This document shows, piece by piece, positions 18,256 to 26,832 of a stretch of DNA of 39,945 bases. The notes under the pieces are model-generated. The model was not told where the DNA came from and made no database searches. It saw only the letters and a list, made by a program, of their open reading frames with translations. Numbering within the stretch: position 1 is the first letter of the stretch; every line of letters starts with the position of its first letter. Source of the DNA: a virus. The DNA lies in IMG/VR virus record IMGVR_UViG_3300025015_000006; one strand, given 5' to 3'. A program made the translations under genes and the position numbers.

Positions 18256-21200
18256 ATGAATTTAATCTCAGCAATCAAAAGAAAATTAGGCAACCTTGCG
18301 GGAGGAGTTAGTTCTTTTATTCAAAATCCTATCAAGACGGCTCAAACTGGTATACAAAATTGGGCAACACAAAACCCACAAGCTTCTCAAACACTTCTTA
18401 AATTTGAACAACCAGTACAGAAAATAAGTTCATTTATGCAGGAACCCTACAAACCAGTTGTACTTCCAAAAATTCAAACAGGATACAAAGGATTAGATTG
18501 GGGATATGACTATTTAGGTAAACCATTACTTGAAGGGTTTGCTAATATTCCGAGAGATATTGTTGGAGGAGGAACAAAGTTGTCGTTAGACTTAGGAAGA
18601 ACAGTAGGAGGACAAAAAGTTCCTATTCAAAAAACTTTAGGAGACGTTGGACAATTAGGAACTGGAATTTTAAACGCAATCATGCTTCCGTTTGGTGGAG
18701 GAGCAGTTAAAACTATTGTTAAAGAAGTAGGAAAAAAAACCTTATTAAAATCTATAGGTAAAGGAGCATTAGGTTTTGGAAAATTTGGAGGTGCTTATGG
18801 ACTGACTGGAGGATTACAAGAAAATCAGGATGAAAAAAACTTATTAGAATATACTAAAAGGGTCGCTGGTTCAACTGCGATAGGTGGGGCGGGGGGAGCA
18901 GTTTTAGGGGGAGGAGTAGGAGCATTGGGTTATACGGCTGGTAAAATACTTTCTTCCATTATAAATGCTTATAAAAAAGTATTTCCTAAGGCAACTGATA
19001 AGGAAGCTATTACTGCTTCAAAAGAATTTTTTAGAAATGAATTAGGACAATTTACTAAACCTAAACCAAGAGAAGAAGTCTTTTATAGCGAAATAGACAA
19101 ATACCAAAAACGACCTATTGTTACTGGAGGAAAGAAAGAGCCTATTTGGTATGCTAAAGCGAGAGAAGATTTAAAGATGCCTAAAGGAGGATACAGGATT
19201 GAAGATATACCAATGGGTCTATCTATCAAACCCATAACCCCAGAAGAAAGATTAAGACTAAAACAACCCCCAGTACAGGGAGGAGTAGAAATACCACAAG
19301 TACCTTTCCAAAAAGACCTTGACAGATTTACTGCCCTTGTCAAGCAGAATGAAAAGTATCAAGTTGGGGTTCCAGCAATCGGAAAACTTCCTTCATCTCA
19401 GGCGGTAGCCGACCAGATGGGAATTCCACACGAAGAGTTGATGAGCCAAGTGCTGGGTAAAGCGGGAAAACCATTACCTAAAATATTGCCGACTACTCCA
19501 GGTGGGGCTATACCACCTGAACCAGTTATTCCTCCACCACCTGAAGTTCCACCAATTAACAAAGTAATTGAAGCTCTTAAACCTTTACGTCAAACGCAGG
19601 AGAGTTTATACACAAAGGAACGTGGAGCAAGAATTGGAGAGTTTACCAAGACAGGAGAAACTGTATCTGGGGAAAAGGGTTTTTATGAACAACTAGTAAA
19701 ACTTAAAGGACAACTCCCGAAGGTTCAATTTGAAACCCTAAGAAAAACTGTTGACCAACCAACCATTGATTCCTTATTTGACCAAGTAAAGACTTCACCT
19801 GTTATAACTGATTGGGAAAAAGTGACAGCCAACAACGCTTTAGTCAAGATGTTTGGCAAAGAGGGAACAGCTCTACCAACCAAGAATGAACTCTCATTAT
19901 TAAGTGATGTATTTGGAGAAGAATTTACTAAGGCGATACTGGATAAAAGACCTGTAATGGAAAAAGTTATGTCGTTTTTTGGAGACGCACTCTCTATCCC
20001 ACGCTCACTACTTGCTGGAGGATTTGATATGTCTTTTGGTCTTAGACAGGGGATATTTGGAGGATATCGTCATCCTAAAGAATGGGCGGGAGCTTTTAAG
20101 GAACAATTCAAGTATTTTTTCTCAGAAAAAGCTGTTAATGAACTTAATGAAAGCATCGTTAAAAGTCCCAATTACCAAATGATGAGGGAGAATAAACTTT
20201 CTATCATGAATTTAGGAGAACAGTTGGAAAAACGTGAGGAACAGTTCAGGTCATCTTTAGCTGAGAAAATTCCTATAATTGGAAAATTTGTAAGAGCGTC
20301 AGCAAGAGCTTATACAGGATTTGCTAACAAAATGAGGGCTGATGTATTCAATAAGATGGTTGAAGTCGGAAAGAGAACTGGGGATATTGGAGACCCAAGA
20401 TACCTGAAAGATATGGCTAAGTTCATAAATGCCATGACGGGGAGGGGAACTTTAGGGCTACTTGAGAAAGTAGGAACAGAAGTTACCTCGGTATTATTCT
20501 CACCACGACTTCTGGCTTCCCGAATTCAATTACTAAATCCTCTATACTATACAAAACTTCAACCCGCTGTCAGAAAGGAAGCCCTTAAAACTTTATTTGC
20601 TTATGTTGCTGGAAGTGCGACTCTACTTGAGCTGGGAAAACTTGGGGGGTTTGAAGTAGTAACTGACCCAACTAATTCAGACTTTCTTAAACTTAAAAAA
20701 GGAAATACGAGAATAGATATCTTAGGCGGATTTCAACAGCCAATTGTACTTTTGGCAAGGCTTATCAAAGGAGAACTTACAAGTTCCATAACTGGAAAGA
20801 AGATTAAACTGGGGGAAGGATATAAACCTTTGACAAGATATGATTTAATTAATACTTATTTTGAAAATAAGACTGCTCCCGTTATGTCTTTTTTTCTTAA
20901 CTGGTCTAAAGGAACAAGTTTTGAAGGACAACCGTTTGACGCCAAACAGGAAATCATCAAGCGAATAATCCCAATGTTTATTCAGGATATGGCCGACCTT
21001 TATAATGACGACCCCTCATCAATTCCTTTTGGAATACCAATGTTCTTTGGAGCAGGAGGTCAAACCTATGGCGGAACGGAGAAAAATAATTTAGACACTA
21101 TGATAGTCCAGTATGACGCAGGGAAAGGGATTAATCCTAAGCTACTTGATAATGTTTCAGTTACCGATAAGGCTGACCTACTGTTAACTGAAATCAAGAA

Positions 21201-21486
21201 GGCTAAGAAAGATAAGACCGTTATAGAGAAAATAAAATCTTCAGGACTGGCAACTGATGAGGTTATTGCTCAGGCGGAGAAGTACAGAAAGTTGGAGAAG
21301 TTGGGAATTATGAAAGCCGATAGGGAACTTTTAACGATTGATGACCCAACGGCAAGGGCACAGGCGGTCTTGGACAGACTTGATAGTTTTGTTCTAAAAA
21401 ACCAACCTAAACATCTTAAACTACTCATTCAGGCTGGGATTGTAACTGACGAGGTAAAGGCCGAGATGAGAAAACTTTATAAATAG
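18256..21486 (+). CDS. Large internal virion or tape-measure-like protein
   Basis: 1076 aa, the largest ORF. It has Gly-rich hydrophobic segments (GSTAIGGAGGAVLGGGVGALGY) and lies before the lysis genes. Confidence 0.4.
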   Translation: MNLISAIKRKLGNLAGGVSSFIQNPIKTAQTGIQNWATQNPQASQTLLKFEQPVQKISSFMQEPYKPVVLPKIQTGYKGLDWGYDYLGKPLLEGFANIPRDIVGGGTKLSLDLGRTVGGQKVPIQKTLGDVGQLGTGILNAIMLPFGGGAVKTIVKEVGKKTLLKSIGKGALGFGKFGGAYGLTGGLQENQDEKNLLEYTKRVAGSTAIGGAGGAVLGGGVGALGYTAGKILSSIINAYKKVFPKATDKEAITASKEFFRNELGQFTKPKPREEVFYSEIDKYQKRPIVTGGKKEPIWYAKAREDLKMPKGGYRIEDIPMGLSIKPITPEERLRLKQPPVQGGVEIPQVPFQKDLDRFTALVKQNEKYQVGVPAIGKLPSSQAVADQMGIPHEELMSQVLGKAGKPLPKILPTTPGGAIPPEPVIPPPPEVPPINKVIEALKPLRQTQESLYTKERGARIGEFTKTGETVSGEKGFYEQLVKLKGQLPKVQFETLRKTVDQPTIDSLFDQVKTSPVITDWEKVTANNALVKMFGKEGTALPTKNELSLLSDVFGEEFTKAILDKRPVMEKVMSFFGDALSIPRSLLAGGFDMSFGLRQGIFGGYRHPKEWAGAFKEQFKYFFSEKAVNELNESIVKSPNYQMMRENKLSIMNLGEQLEKREEQFRSSLAEKIPIIGKFVRASARAYTGFANKMRADVFNKMVEVGKRTGDIGDPRYLKDMAKFINAMTGRGTLGLLEKVGTEVTSVLFSPRLLASRIQLLNPLYYTKLQPAVRKEALKTLFAYVAGSATLLELGKLGGFEVVTDPTNSDFLKLKKGNTRIDILGGFQQPIVLLARLIKGELTSSITGKKIKLGEGYKPLTRYDLINTYFENKTAPVMSFFLNWSKGTSFEGQPFDAKQEIIKRIIPMFIQDMADLYNDDPSSIPFGIPMFFGAGGQTYGGTEKNNLDTMIVQYDAGKGINPKLLDNVSVTDKADLLLTEIKKAKKDKTVIEKIKSSGLATDEVIAQAEKYRKLEKLGIMKADRELLTIDDPTARAQAVLDRLDSFVLKNQPKHLKLLIQAGIVTDEVKAEMRKLYK

Positions 21487-21520
21487 TTGATTTGAAAATT
21501 AAAGTTAATTAGTTAATATA
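21487..21520 (+). promoter_or_regulatory. Candidate promoter P5 (AGTTGATT motif)
   Basis: TAG|TTGATT, 17 nt, TAGTTA. ATG at 21526. Confidence 0.4.
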
Positions 21521-21525
21521 AGAAT

Positions 21526-21654
21526 ATGGTTACATTCATAGAATTCATGTCTTTATTGGATGGCGAATATAAAGAAACCGCCGCCCCTAAACAGAGCAAG
21601 GCATCAAGTATCGTACAAAATGCTATAAATACAGTTAGAAGTTGGTTTAGATAA
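21526..21654 (+). CDS. Small hypothetical protein (42 aa)
   Basis: Hand-found ORF MVTFIEFMSLLDGEYKETAAPKQSK... between P5 and the lysin gene. Confidence 0.35.
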   Translation: MVTFIEFMSLLDGEYKETAAPKQSKASSIVQNAINTVRSWFR

Positions 21655-21659
21655 ATTAT

Positions 21660-22649
21660 ATGAAGTTATTATTACCTATAGACCCATTTCAATTAACTCA
21701 AGAATTTGGAGAAAACCCCAATATGTATAAGAAATTTGGTCTTAAAGCACATAATGGATGGGATATTAAAACAAAATATCCTGATACTCCAGTTGGACAA
21801 AGATATATTATTGCTCCTCAAAATGTTCAATTCTATAAACAAAGTATTGACCCCCCAGGATATGGTATATATTTTGAAGTAATAACTAAAGCCAAAAGTC
21901 TTTGGAAACATACATTCGCTCACTGTCATTCAATAGAAACCTTTACTGAGAAAAAACAAGGAGAATCAATGGCAATTTCTGATAATACGGGAAATTCAAC
22001 TGGAGCTCATCTTCATTGGACAGTTAAAAAAATTAAGATACTTAATAGTCAACACGAAGTTCAAGATTATAACAACGGATATTTCGGCGCAGTTAATCCG
22101 CAGGAATACGTTGATGAAGTTAGAAATTATAACGGAACACAACCTATGCCAAACACAAATATCACGATAGAAGGTTCTCTTTATGAAAAGTTGGTTGGTA
22201 ACTCAACCAAATGGGACGAAATGGTTAAATATTTGGAGATTTCAAGTGACCCAGCATCTACCTCTTTTGAAGATGTTCAAAGGGTAGTGGCAGGCCTAAA
22301 AAGTCGCATTACAGATATCCAAACCCAACTTGGCAATACTCAAGCAGAGTTAGAAAACAGGATGGAACAGGTTAGCAGATTAAAGGAGCAAGTGCTGAAT
22401 AACGATAAATTACGGGGAGAGCTTATACAAAAGCTATCCGACACAGTGTCAGAACAGCAAGGTATGGTAGGGGTATACGAAAAAAGGTTAAAAGAAATTC
22501 AGGGTGGGCTTGAGGCAATCGCAAGAACAAAAGGAGAGCTAAACAAGGCTCTTTTAGAATGTAAATCTCAAAGCACTATTGAACAATTAACTATAGCCGA
22601 TGTCTTAGTCTTGCTTTTTAATAAATTAAAACAAATAAAACTTAAATGA
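21660..22649 (+). CDS. Peptidase M23 (LytM-type) lysin with a long C-terminal coiled coil
   Basis: HxxxD (AHNGWD) and HxH (GAHLHW) motifs. The C-terminal ~130 aa are heptad-like (QTQLGNTQAELENRMEQVSRLKEQVL). Confidence 0.7.
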   Translation: MKLLLPIDPFQLTQEFGENPNMYKKFGLKAHNGWDIKTKYPDTPVGQRYIIAPQNVQFYKQSIDPPGYGIYFEVITKAKSLWKHTFAHCHSIETFTEKKQGESMAISDNTGNSTGAHLHWTVKKIKILNSQHEVQDYNNGYFGAVNPQEYVDEVRNYNGTQPMPNTNITIEGSLYEKLVGNSTKWDEMVKYLEISSDPASTSFEDVQRVVAGLKSRITDIQTQLGNTQAELENRMEQVSRLKEQVLNNDKLRGELIQKLSDTVSEQQGMVGVYEKRLKEIQGGLEAIARTKGELNKALLECKSQSTIEQLTIADVLVLLFNKLKQIKLK

Positions 22650-22900
22650 CAAAACATAATTTACCAATTTGGAGAATTGATAATTTAGTAGCCTTTTCGG
22701 TATCCGTAATAGCATCTATATTCGCTTTTGCTACTCTTTATTTTGGACTTTCAACCCAAATTCAACTGCTTACCCAGAAAGTAGACATAATGAATAAAAA
22801 TCAAGAAATTATTTTACAAAAATTAGTCAGCGTTGAAGCCCGCTATGGAGAGTTAGCGTTAAAAGTTCAAGCCCTTGAAACATTGCAAGGGATTAAATAA
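22646..22900 (+). CDS. Single-TM coiled-coil lysis-cassette protein (holin or spanin-like)
   Basis: 84 aa, one hydrophobic helix (LVAFSVSVIASIFAFATLYFGL). Overlaps the lysin stop. Confidence 0.45.
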   Translation: MTKHNLPIWRIDNLVAFSVSVIASIFAFATLYFGLSTQIQLLTQKVDIMNKNQEIILQKLVSVEARYGELALKVQALETLQGIK

Positions 22901-22916
22901 AAGGAGATGATATAAA

Positions 22917-23144
22917 ATGGAACAATTAACAAGTGTTGCCGTCGTCATTGGTTTCATAAACGGGGTTAAACTCTTTGAGAACCCAGACAAGAAGTCTTTT
23001 ATGTATTTTTGTTTTGCTATAGTTTTAGGAGTAGTGTTTGGGTTTCTCAAGTTATTTGGGATATCGGGTATTGAAAATGGTTTAATAGTTGCATTAACAA
23101 GTTCGGGACTTTATAAAATTTCAACTAAATTAGGTGGAATATAA
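22917..23144 (+). CDS. Holin (putative, multi-TM)
   Basis: 75 aa with 2-3 hydrophobic helices, adjacent to the lysin. Confidence 0.55.
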   Translation: MEQLTSVAVVIGFINGVKLFENPDKKSFMYFCFAIVLGVVFGFLKLFGISGIENGLIVALTSSGLYKISTKLGGI

Positions 23145-23323
23145 TGGAAAAAGCTAAAAGAAAACAGATTGATATTGAATGGAACCAAAGAAAAGAAGCT
23201 AACCGTTTTCATAATTTAGCACTACTTGGTGTAAACCATATATCAAGAGAGACACTGGAGAAGTTGGTAAGGAGAAAAAGCTGGTTCGGGCAACCAAAAC
23301 CGCCAAAGATAAAATCTAAGTAG
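23144..23323 (+). CDS. Small basic hypothetical protein (59 aa)
   Basis: Hand-found ORF with a TAATG overlap onto the holin stop. Last gene of the rightward block. Confidence 0.4.
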   Translation: MEKAKRKQIDIEWNQRKEANRFHNLALLGVNHISRETLEKLVRRKSWFGQPKPPKIKSK

Positions 23324-23495
23324 AATAGTATTTAATAATAATATCAAGCCGCCTTCTATATTTATCTAAAATATCAAATCTTCGCCTAAGAAAAGCTATC
23401 TCACGACATATTCTATTACAGTATTTATTACGGCAGGGTTTTTGACATAGAAGACACTTATTTTTGAAATGAAAGAGTGGTTTTGTTAGTGGCAT
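23316..23495 (-). CDS. Small Cys-rich protein (59 aa)
   Basis: Hand-found: MPLTKPLFHFKNKCLLCQKPCRNKYCNRICREIAFLRRR... Converges on the + block and overlaps it by 8 nt. Confidence 0.35.
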   Translation of the reverse strand: MPLTKPLFHFKNKCLLCQKPCRNKYCNRICREIAFLRRRFDILDKYRRRLDIIIKYYST

Positions 23496-23582
23496 GTTTT
23501 TATCTCCAAATATTGCTAAAATTTTGTATTAAAAGTTTTATATCTCCAATTGAAAACTTTGTTGTCCCGTTAGCTTTTATTT

Positions 23583-24395
23583 TCAATAAAATTTTAATAA
23601 ATTTTTGTATTTCATAATTTCTCTATATTCATTTTGTTGAATTAAGACCATTTTAATATTAGGGAAATATATTCTCATTCTGTTTAATTTAGTTTTAGAT
23701 TTTTTATCCATCCATCCTTTTATTTCATGATATTCAAAAGTTCCATCATTATTAAAAACTTTAAAATCTGGACGATAACTTCTTGTTCCAAACTTTATCT
23801 TTTGGAAGATAAAAACATCTTTTTCAAATAACCAATCTTTAATAGAATTATTTTTCTTTAGAAAATCTAAATAGACAGCATAGTTTGCTTCCCATTTACT
23901 TCTAAAATATATATTTTTGTTTCCTATAAGATATTTTCCATTGAATACTTTTACGTGTCTGTTAGTACCATATCCTATTCTTATAGGAATTGGCATTCTA
24001 CCTACAAAAACATTAGCCATATCTTTTTTATATTTTTTATTTTTATTTTTACATATTAAAGAACAAAAACTACCAGCATTTTTATAATATTTATATTGAC
24101 TTGGGGCTATTGTTTTAATTTTTCCACATTCTTTACAATTATATTCAATTCTTTTTATTTTTCTTATATGACCTTTAGAAAAATAAATAATCAAACCCAT
24201 TCTTGATGCTTTTAAAAAACATTCTCTTGAACAAAAGCGAGAAGTATTTTTTCTAAAATTGTGACATAGATATGATTTCTTACATACTTCGCATATTTTT
24301 TTTACTTTCAAATCATTTCTTAAGCCAATTTCTTTCATCATTTTTCTTAACCTGTCTAATTCTTTTTCAGAACGTTTATAAAATCCTGTAGGCAT
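23583..24395 (-). CDS. PD-(D/E)XK-type nuclease with N-terminal Zn ribbons (homing-endonuclease-like)
   Basis: 270 aa. Contains FCSRECF and FCSLICK. The C-terminal FRSKWEANYAVYLDFL...YRPDFKV...YHEIKG matches a PD...E.K nuclease core. Confidence 0.5.
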   Translation of the reverse strand: MPTGFYKRSEKELDRLRKMMKEIGLRNDLKVKKICEVCKKSYLCHNFRKNTSRFCSRECFLKASRMGLIIYFSKGHIRKIKRIEYNCKECGKIKTIAPSQYKYYKNAGSFCSLICKNKNKKYKKDMANVFVGRMPIPIRIGYGTNRHVKVFNGKYLIGNKNIYFRSKWEANYAVYLDFLKKNNSIKDWLFEKDVFIFQKIKFGTRSYRPDFKVFNNDGTFEYHEIKGWMDKKSKTKLNRMRIYFPNIKMVLIQQNEYREIMKYKNLLKFY

Positions 24396-24398
24396 TTT

Positions 24399-24839
24399 TT
24401 AAGGTCTTAACTTTTTAAATACTTTTTTAGTTAATTCCTTATCATATTCTATAATAAAATGGCAAGAATTACAAGCTAAAATAACTTGATTAAATTCCCA
24501 TAATAGTTCTTTATTGTTTTTACCGAGATACCAATTTCTTTTATGTTTATGGGAAAAACCAAGAGCATTTGTTTTCCAACAATTCTTAAATCTTAATTCA
24601 CAAGATGTTATTCCTTTTTTTTGAAATTCTTTTTTTAATATTTCTCTTTCTTCTTTAATCAACTTACTTCTTGTCTTTTCCTTTGGCAACTTTACCTTTT
24701 TAACCTTAACCCCTTTAGATTTTGATTTTAGCTTGAGTAGTTTACGTGTTTTTATGTAGTCCTTCATTGTTTTTTTAGGTTTCTTAATGGGCTTGGGGAA
24801 CTTCATAAAAGTAAATGTTTTAGTTAGAACTTCGTCCAT
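24399..24839 (-). CDS. Putative HNH/NinG-like nuclease
   Basis: 146 aa. A Lys-rich N-terminus is followed by CELRFKNC...FSHKHKRNWY...NQVILACNSCH. Confidence 0.4.
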   Translation of the reverse strand: MDEVLTKTFTFMKFPKPIKKPKKTMKDYIKTRKLLKLKSKSKGVKVKKVKLPKEKTRSKLIKEEREILKKEFQKKGITSCELRFKNCWKTNALGFSHKHKRNWYLGKNNKELLWEFNQVILACNSCHFIIEYDKELTKKVFKKLRP

Positions 24840-24840
24840 A

Positions 24841-24978
24841 TCAGTTTACTATTCTTTTAACTTTCTTCTTCTTGGTGTTAATTCTATAAATAACTTTACC
24901 ACAATTCTCGCATGTTAGATAACCTATACTTTCTCTTAAGGGGTAACTACAAATCGGGCAAGGATTAGATATAATCAT
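24841..24978 (-). CDS. Zn-ribbon protein (45 aa)
   Basis: Hand-found: MIISNPCPICSYPLRESIGYLTCENCGKVIYRINTKKKK... Confidence 0.45.
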   Translation of the reverse strand: MIISNPCPICSYPLRESIGYLTCENCGKVIYRINTKKKKVKRIVN

Positions 24979-24984
24979 AATTAA

Positions 24985-25197
24985 ATAAGGCGGGGAGTTA
25001 AGTGTCTAAATCGCATCTGTGCCAATCTATAATTTAGAAATGTACTCCAGAGGTAGGATTTTACTCCATCTCTATCGTACTTTCACGGAACTCCCGTGTA
25101 TGTACTTTTATCCGCCCCAAGGAAAGCCCTAGAGCGGGAGATAAGACCCAGAGTCCTCAGTTCTGGTACTTGCTGAACTATCACAGATTATTCAGCG
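24985..25197 (-). ncRNA. ORF-free, GC-enriched structured region directly downstream of the tRNA-like gene; unclassified
   Basis: No ORF on either strand. Several helices are readable on the - strand: GCUGAA/UUCAGC, CCAGA/UCUGG, CACGG-GAGUU-CCGUG flanked by GUAC/GUAC, UCUAAAU/AUUUAGA, and long-range GGGAGUU/AACUCCC. Confidence 0.4.
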
Positions 25198-25329
25198 TGG
25201 TGGTAGCTGTACGACTTGAACGTACATTCCGCCATTCTTTTCTCGGTGACTTCGGATTAGCAACCTGTTGGTAAACTTTACACAACTGTCTTTTGGCGGG
25301 TATTTCCCTTGTTCACATACTAAACTACC
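25198..25329 (-). tRNA. Atypical tRNA-like gene, 132 nt, with encoded CCA and a 59-nt insert in place of the anticodon loop
   Basis: The - strand reads GGUAGUU-UA-GUAU(13-nt loop with GGG)AUAC-C-CGCCA...UGGCG-GAAU-GUACG-UUCAAGU-CGUAC-AGCUACC-A-CCA. TATAAT (rc of 25341-25346) lies 11 nt upstream. Confidence 0.55.
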
Positions 25330-25404
25330 ATAAACCTCCAATTATATACCCTAACAAAACAAACAAACTTCCATAAATAATATATTTTAGTTTTTCTTTA
25401 AGTA

Positions 25405-25749
25405 TTAACATACTTTCTGACATTTCGGACAATAGGCGGTGTACCTTTTATTCGAAGGCACCTGCCACTTATGGCCAAATAAATAACTTTGTCTCTTTAG
25501 TTTACCAATTATTTCCTCCACCACTTTTCTCCTTGTTTTTTGGAGCAATAAATTAACAAATTTTATTAACTTTTTAACTTCATAAGTTCTCCAATCTTTA
25601 TTTTGTAGGTTCATTAAACCTAAAATTATTAAGTCTTCTTCCCAATCTAATTGGGGTTTCTCTTTGGATATTTCTTTCCCACAATTATTACAAAATCCAT
25701 AAGGGTGTCTTGCTATTTTCGGGTGTTTACATTTCTCTTTATTTTTCAT
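25405..25749 (-). CDS. Hypothetical protein with terminal CxxC pairs
   Basis: 114-aa ORF. FCNNCGK near the N-terminus and YCPKCQKVC at the C-terminus. Confidence 0.6.
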   Translation of the reverse strand: MKNKEKCKHPKIARHPYGFCNNCGKEISKEKPQLDWEEDLIILGLMNLQNKDWRTYEVKKLIKFVNLLLQKTRRKVVEEIIGKLKRQSYLFGHKWQVPSNKRYTAYCPKCQKVC

Positions 25750-26054
25750 TATTTCTTCTCTAAATTTTTAACATTATCTCTTAAAGTATTTCTTATGTGT
25801 TTAAATAATCTCCATTCTTCCATTGAGGTTTCACCCATTCTATTTTCAAGTTCGTCTATTTCTTTAATTATTAATTTTCTCTCCCCCTTCTGTCCTTCTT
25901 TGTAGGCACTATTTAAAGTTTTTCTAATATAATAATTCATCCAACCTTGAACACCAGCAATATAGAGTTTTCCTTTTACCAACTCCCACTTTCTAAAGAT
26001 GTAATTCATTTTCTTTTCAACCGCTTCACTCTGTAGTTTATTTAGGTTTACCAT
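25749..26054 (-). CDS. Hypothetical protein
   Basis: 101-aa ORF, abutting its neighbour. Confidence 0.6.
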   Translation of the reverse strand: MVNLNKLQSEAVEKKMNYIFRKWELVKGKLYIAGVQGWMNYYIRKTLNSAYKEGQKGERKLIIKEIDELENRMGETSMEEWRLFKHIRNTLRDNVKNLEKK

Positions 26055-26069
26055 ATTATTTCAGGGCGT

Positions 26070-26228
26070 TTATTTCTTAACAAATAATTGACAAGGTATA
26101 TCCAAACAATATTCGACGAGAAATAAAATATCTTTTTCACTATCTTTCTCACCTTGTGCTATAAAATCAATTTCTTTAATTACTCTTTCTTCTTCAGTCA
26201 GTTTTCTTCTTGATTCATTAGTGGTCAT
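26070..26228 (-). CDS. Small acidic hypothetical protein (52 aa)
   Basis: Hand-found: MTTNESRRKLTEEERVIKEIDF... SD AAAGAGGA upstream. Confidence 0.4.
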   Translation of the reverse strand: MTTNESRRKLTEEERVIKEIDFIAQGEKDSEKDILFLVEYCLDIPCQLFVKK

Positions 26229-26261
26229 ATCCTCTTTATAAACTTCTAATTCCCTATTGGT

Positions 26262-26453
26262 TTATTCACTTTGTTTTTCCCAAATTAGTAAATTAAGAAA
26301 ATTATCCAAACAACCAAGTAATATTTGACCCTGACAGTTAGAACAACCAACCGCATAACTTTTACACTTATCACGACCAACTCCCTTTTCAGCCATTTTA
26401 ATTACAGTTTTAACCGCTTTCATCTTTTTATCTATTGGTTTAGTGTTAGTCAT
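26262..26453 (-). CDS. Hypothetical protein (CSNCQG motif)
   Basis: 63-aa ORF in the leftward operon. Confidence 0.5.
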   Translation of the reverse strand: MTNTKPIDKKMKAVKTVIKMAEKGVGRDKCKSYAVGCSNCQGQILLGCLDNFLNLLIWEKQSE

Positions 26454-26623
26454 TTTGATTTATAACTTTTATCGGGAAACTTCCAATATAGTATTCGTTC
26501 CCACCATTTAAGAGGTGTTATTTCTATACTGTCCTGACCGACAGAACTCGCCCAAAACCAATCATTATTTATATGGCTTATCTGTTTCTTCTTTCCTTTA
26601 TCTATTGATTTAGAGTTTTTCAT
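26450..26623 (-). CDS. Small hypothetical protein (57 aa)
   Basis: Hand-found, with an ATGA overlap onto the next gene. MKNSKSIDKGKKKQISHINNDWFW... Confidence 0.4.
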   Translation of the reverse strand: MKNSKSIDKGKKKQISHINNDWFWASSVGQDSIEITPLKWWERILYWKFPDKSYKSK

Positions 26624-26640
26624 ACTTCTAATTCCCTACC

Positions 26641-26832
26641 CTAACTAATTTTTAATTCTATTGTTGCGTGTTTATCACAATCTTTTTCTGCATCACAACC
26701 TTTAAGAACTATCCCATTCTTTTTAGCTTCCTCAATAAACTTTCGTAGCATTTTTGTTTCTACATCATCGTCATCAGCCTCTAAATCTATAAAAGGAATT
26801 CCGTCATAGTCCAAATCAAATTTTATATTCAT
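26641..26832 (-). CDS. Small acidic hypothetical protein
   Basis: 63-aa ORF (DLEADDDDVETK). Confidence 0.5.
   Translation of the reverse strand: MNIKFDLDYDGIPFIDLEADDDDVETKMLRKFIEEAKKNGIVLKGCDAEKDCDKHATIELKIS

Noticed and set aside
23532-23560. AT-only hairpin (AAAGTTTT/AAAACTTT) read as a bidirectional terminator between the convergent blocks.
   Set aside because: The stem is entirely A/T with a 13-nt loop, which is too weak to call in AT-rich DNA without transcript data.
25198-25260. The tRNA-like 3' half (anticodon-stem 3' strand, T arm, acceptor, CCA) read as an attP core copied from a host tRNA gene.
   Set aside because: No integrase or recombinase is visible anywhere in the genome. 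A matching 5' acceptor strand, U8-A9, D arm and 5' anticodon-stem strand are also present, so this is a complete tRNA-like gene rather than a 3' fragment.
24985-25329. tmRNA, group I intron or hammerhead ribozyme in the structured region.
   Set aside because: The acceptor strands are only 132 nt apart, too short for a tmRNA, and no tag-ORF or pseudoknot layout is visible. The 59-nt insert is far below group I size. A CUGAGGA string resembles the hammerhead CUGANGA box, but no correctly placed GAAA, stem II or cleavage-site helices could be built.
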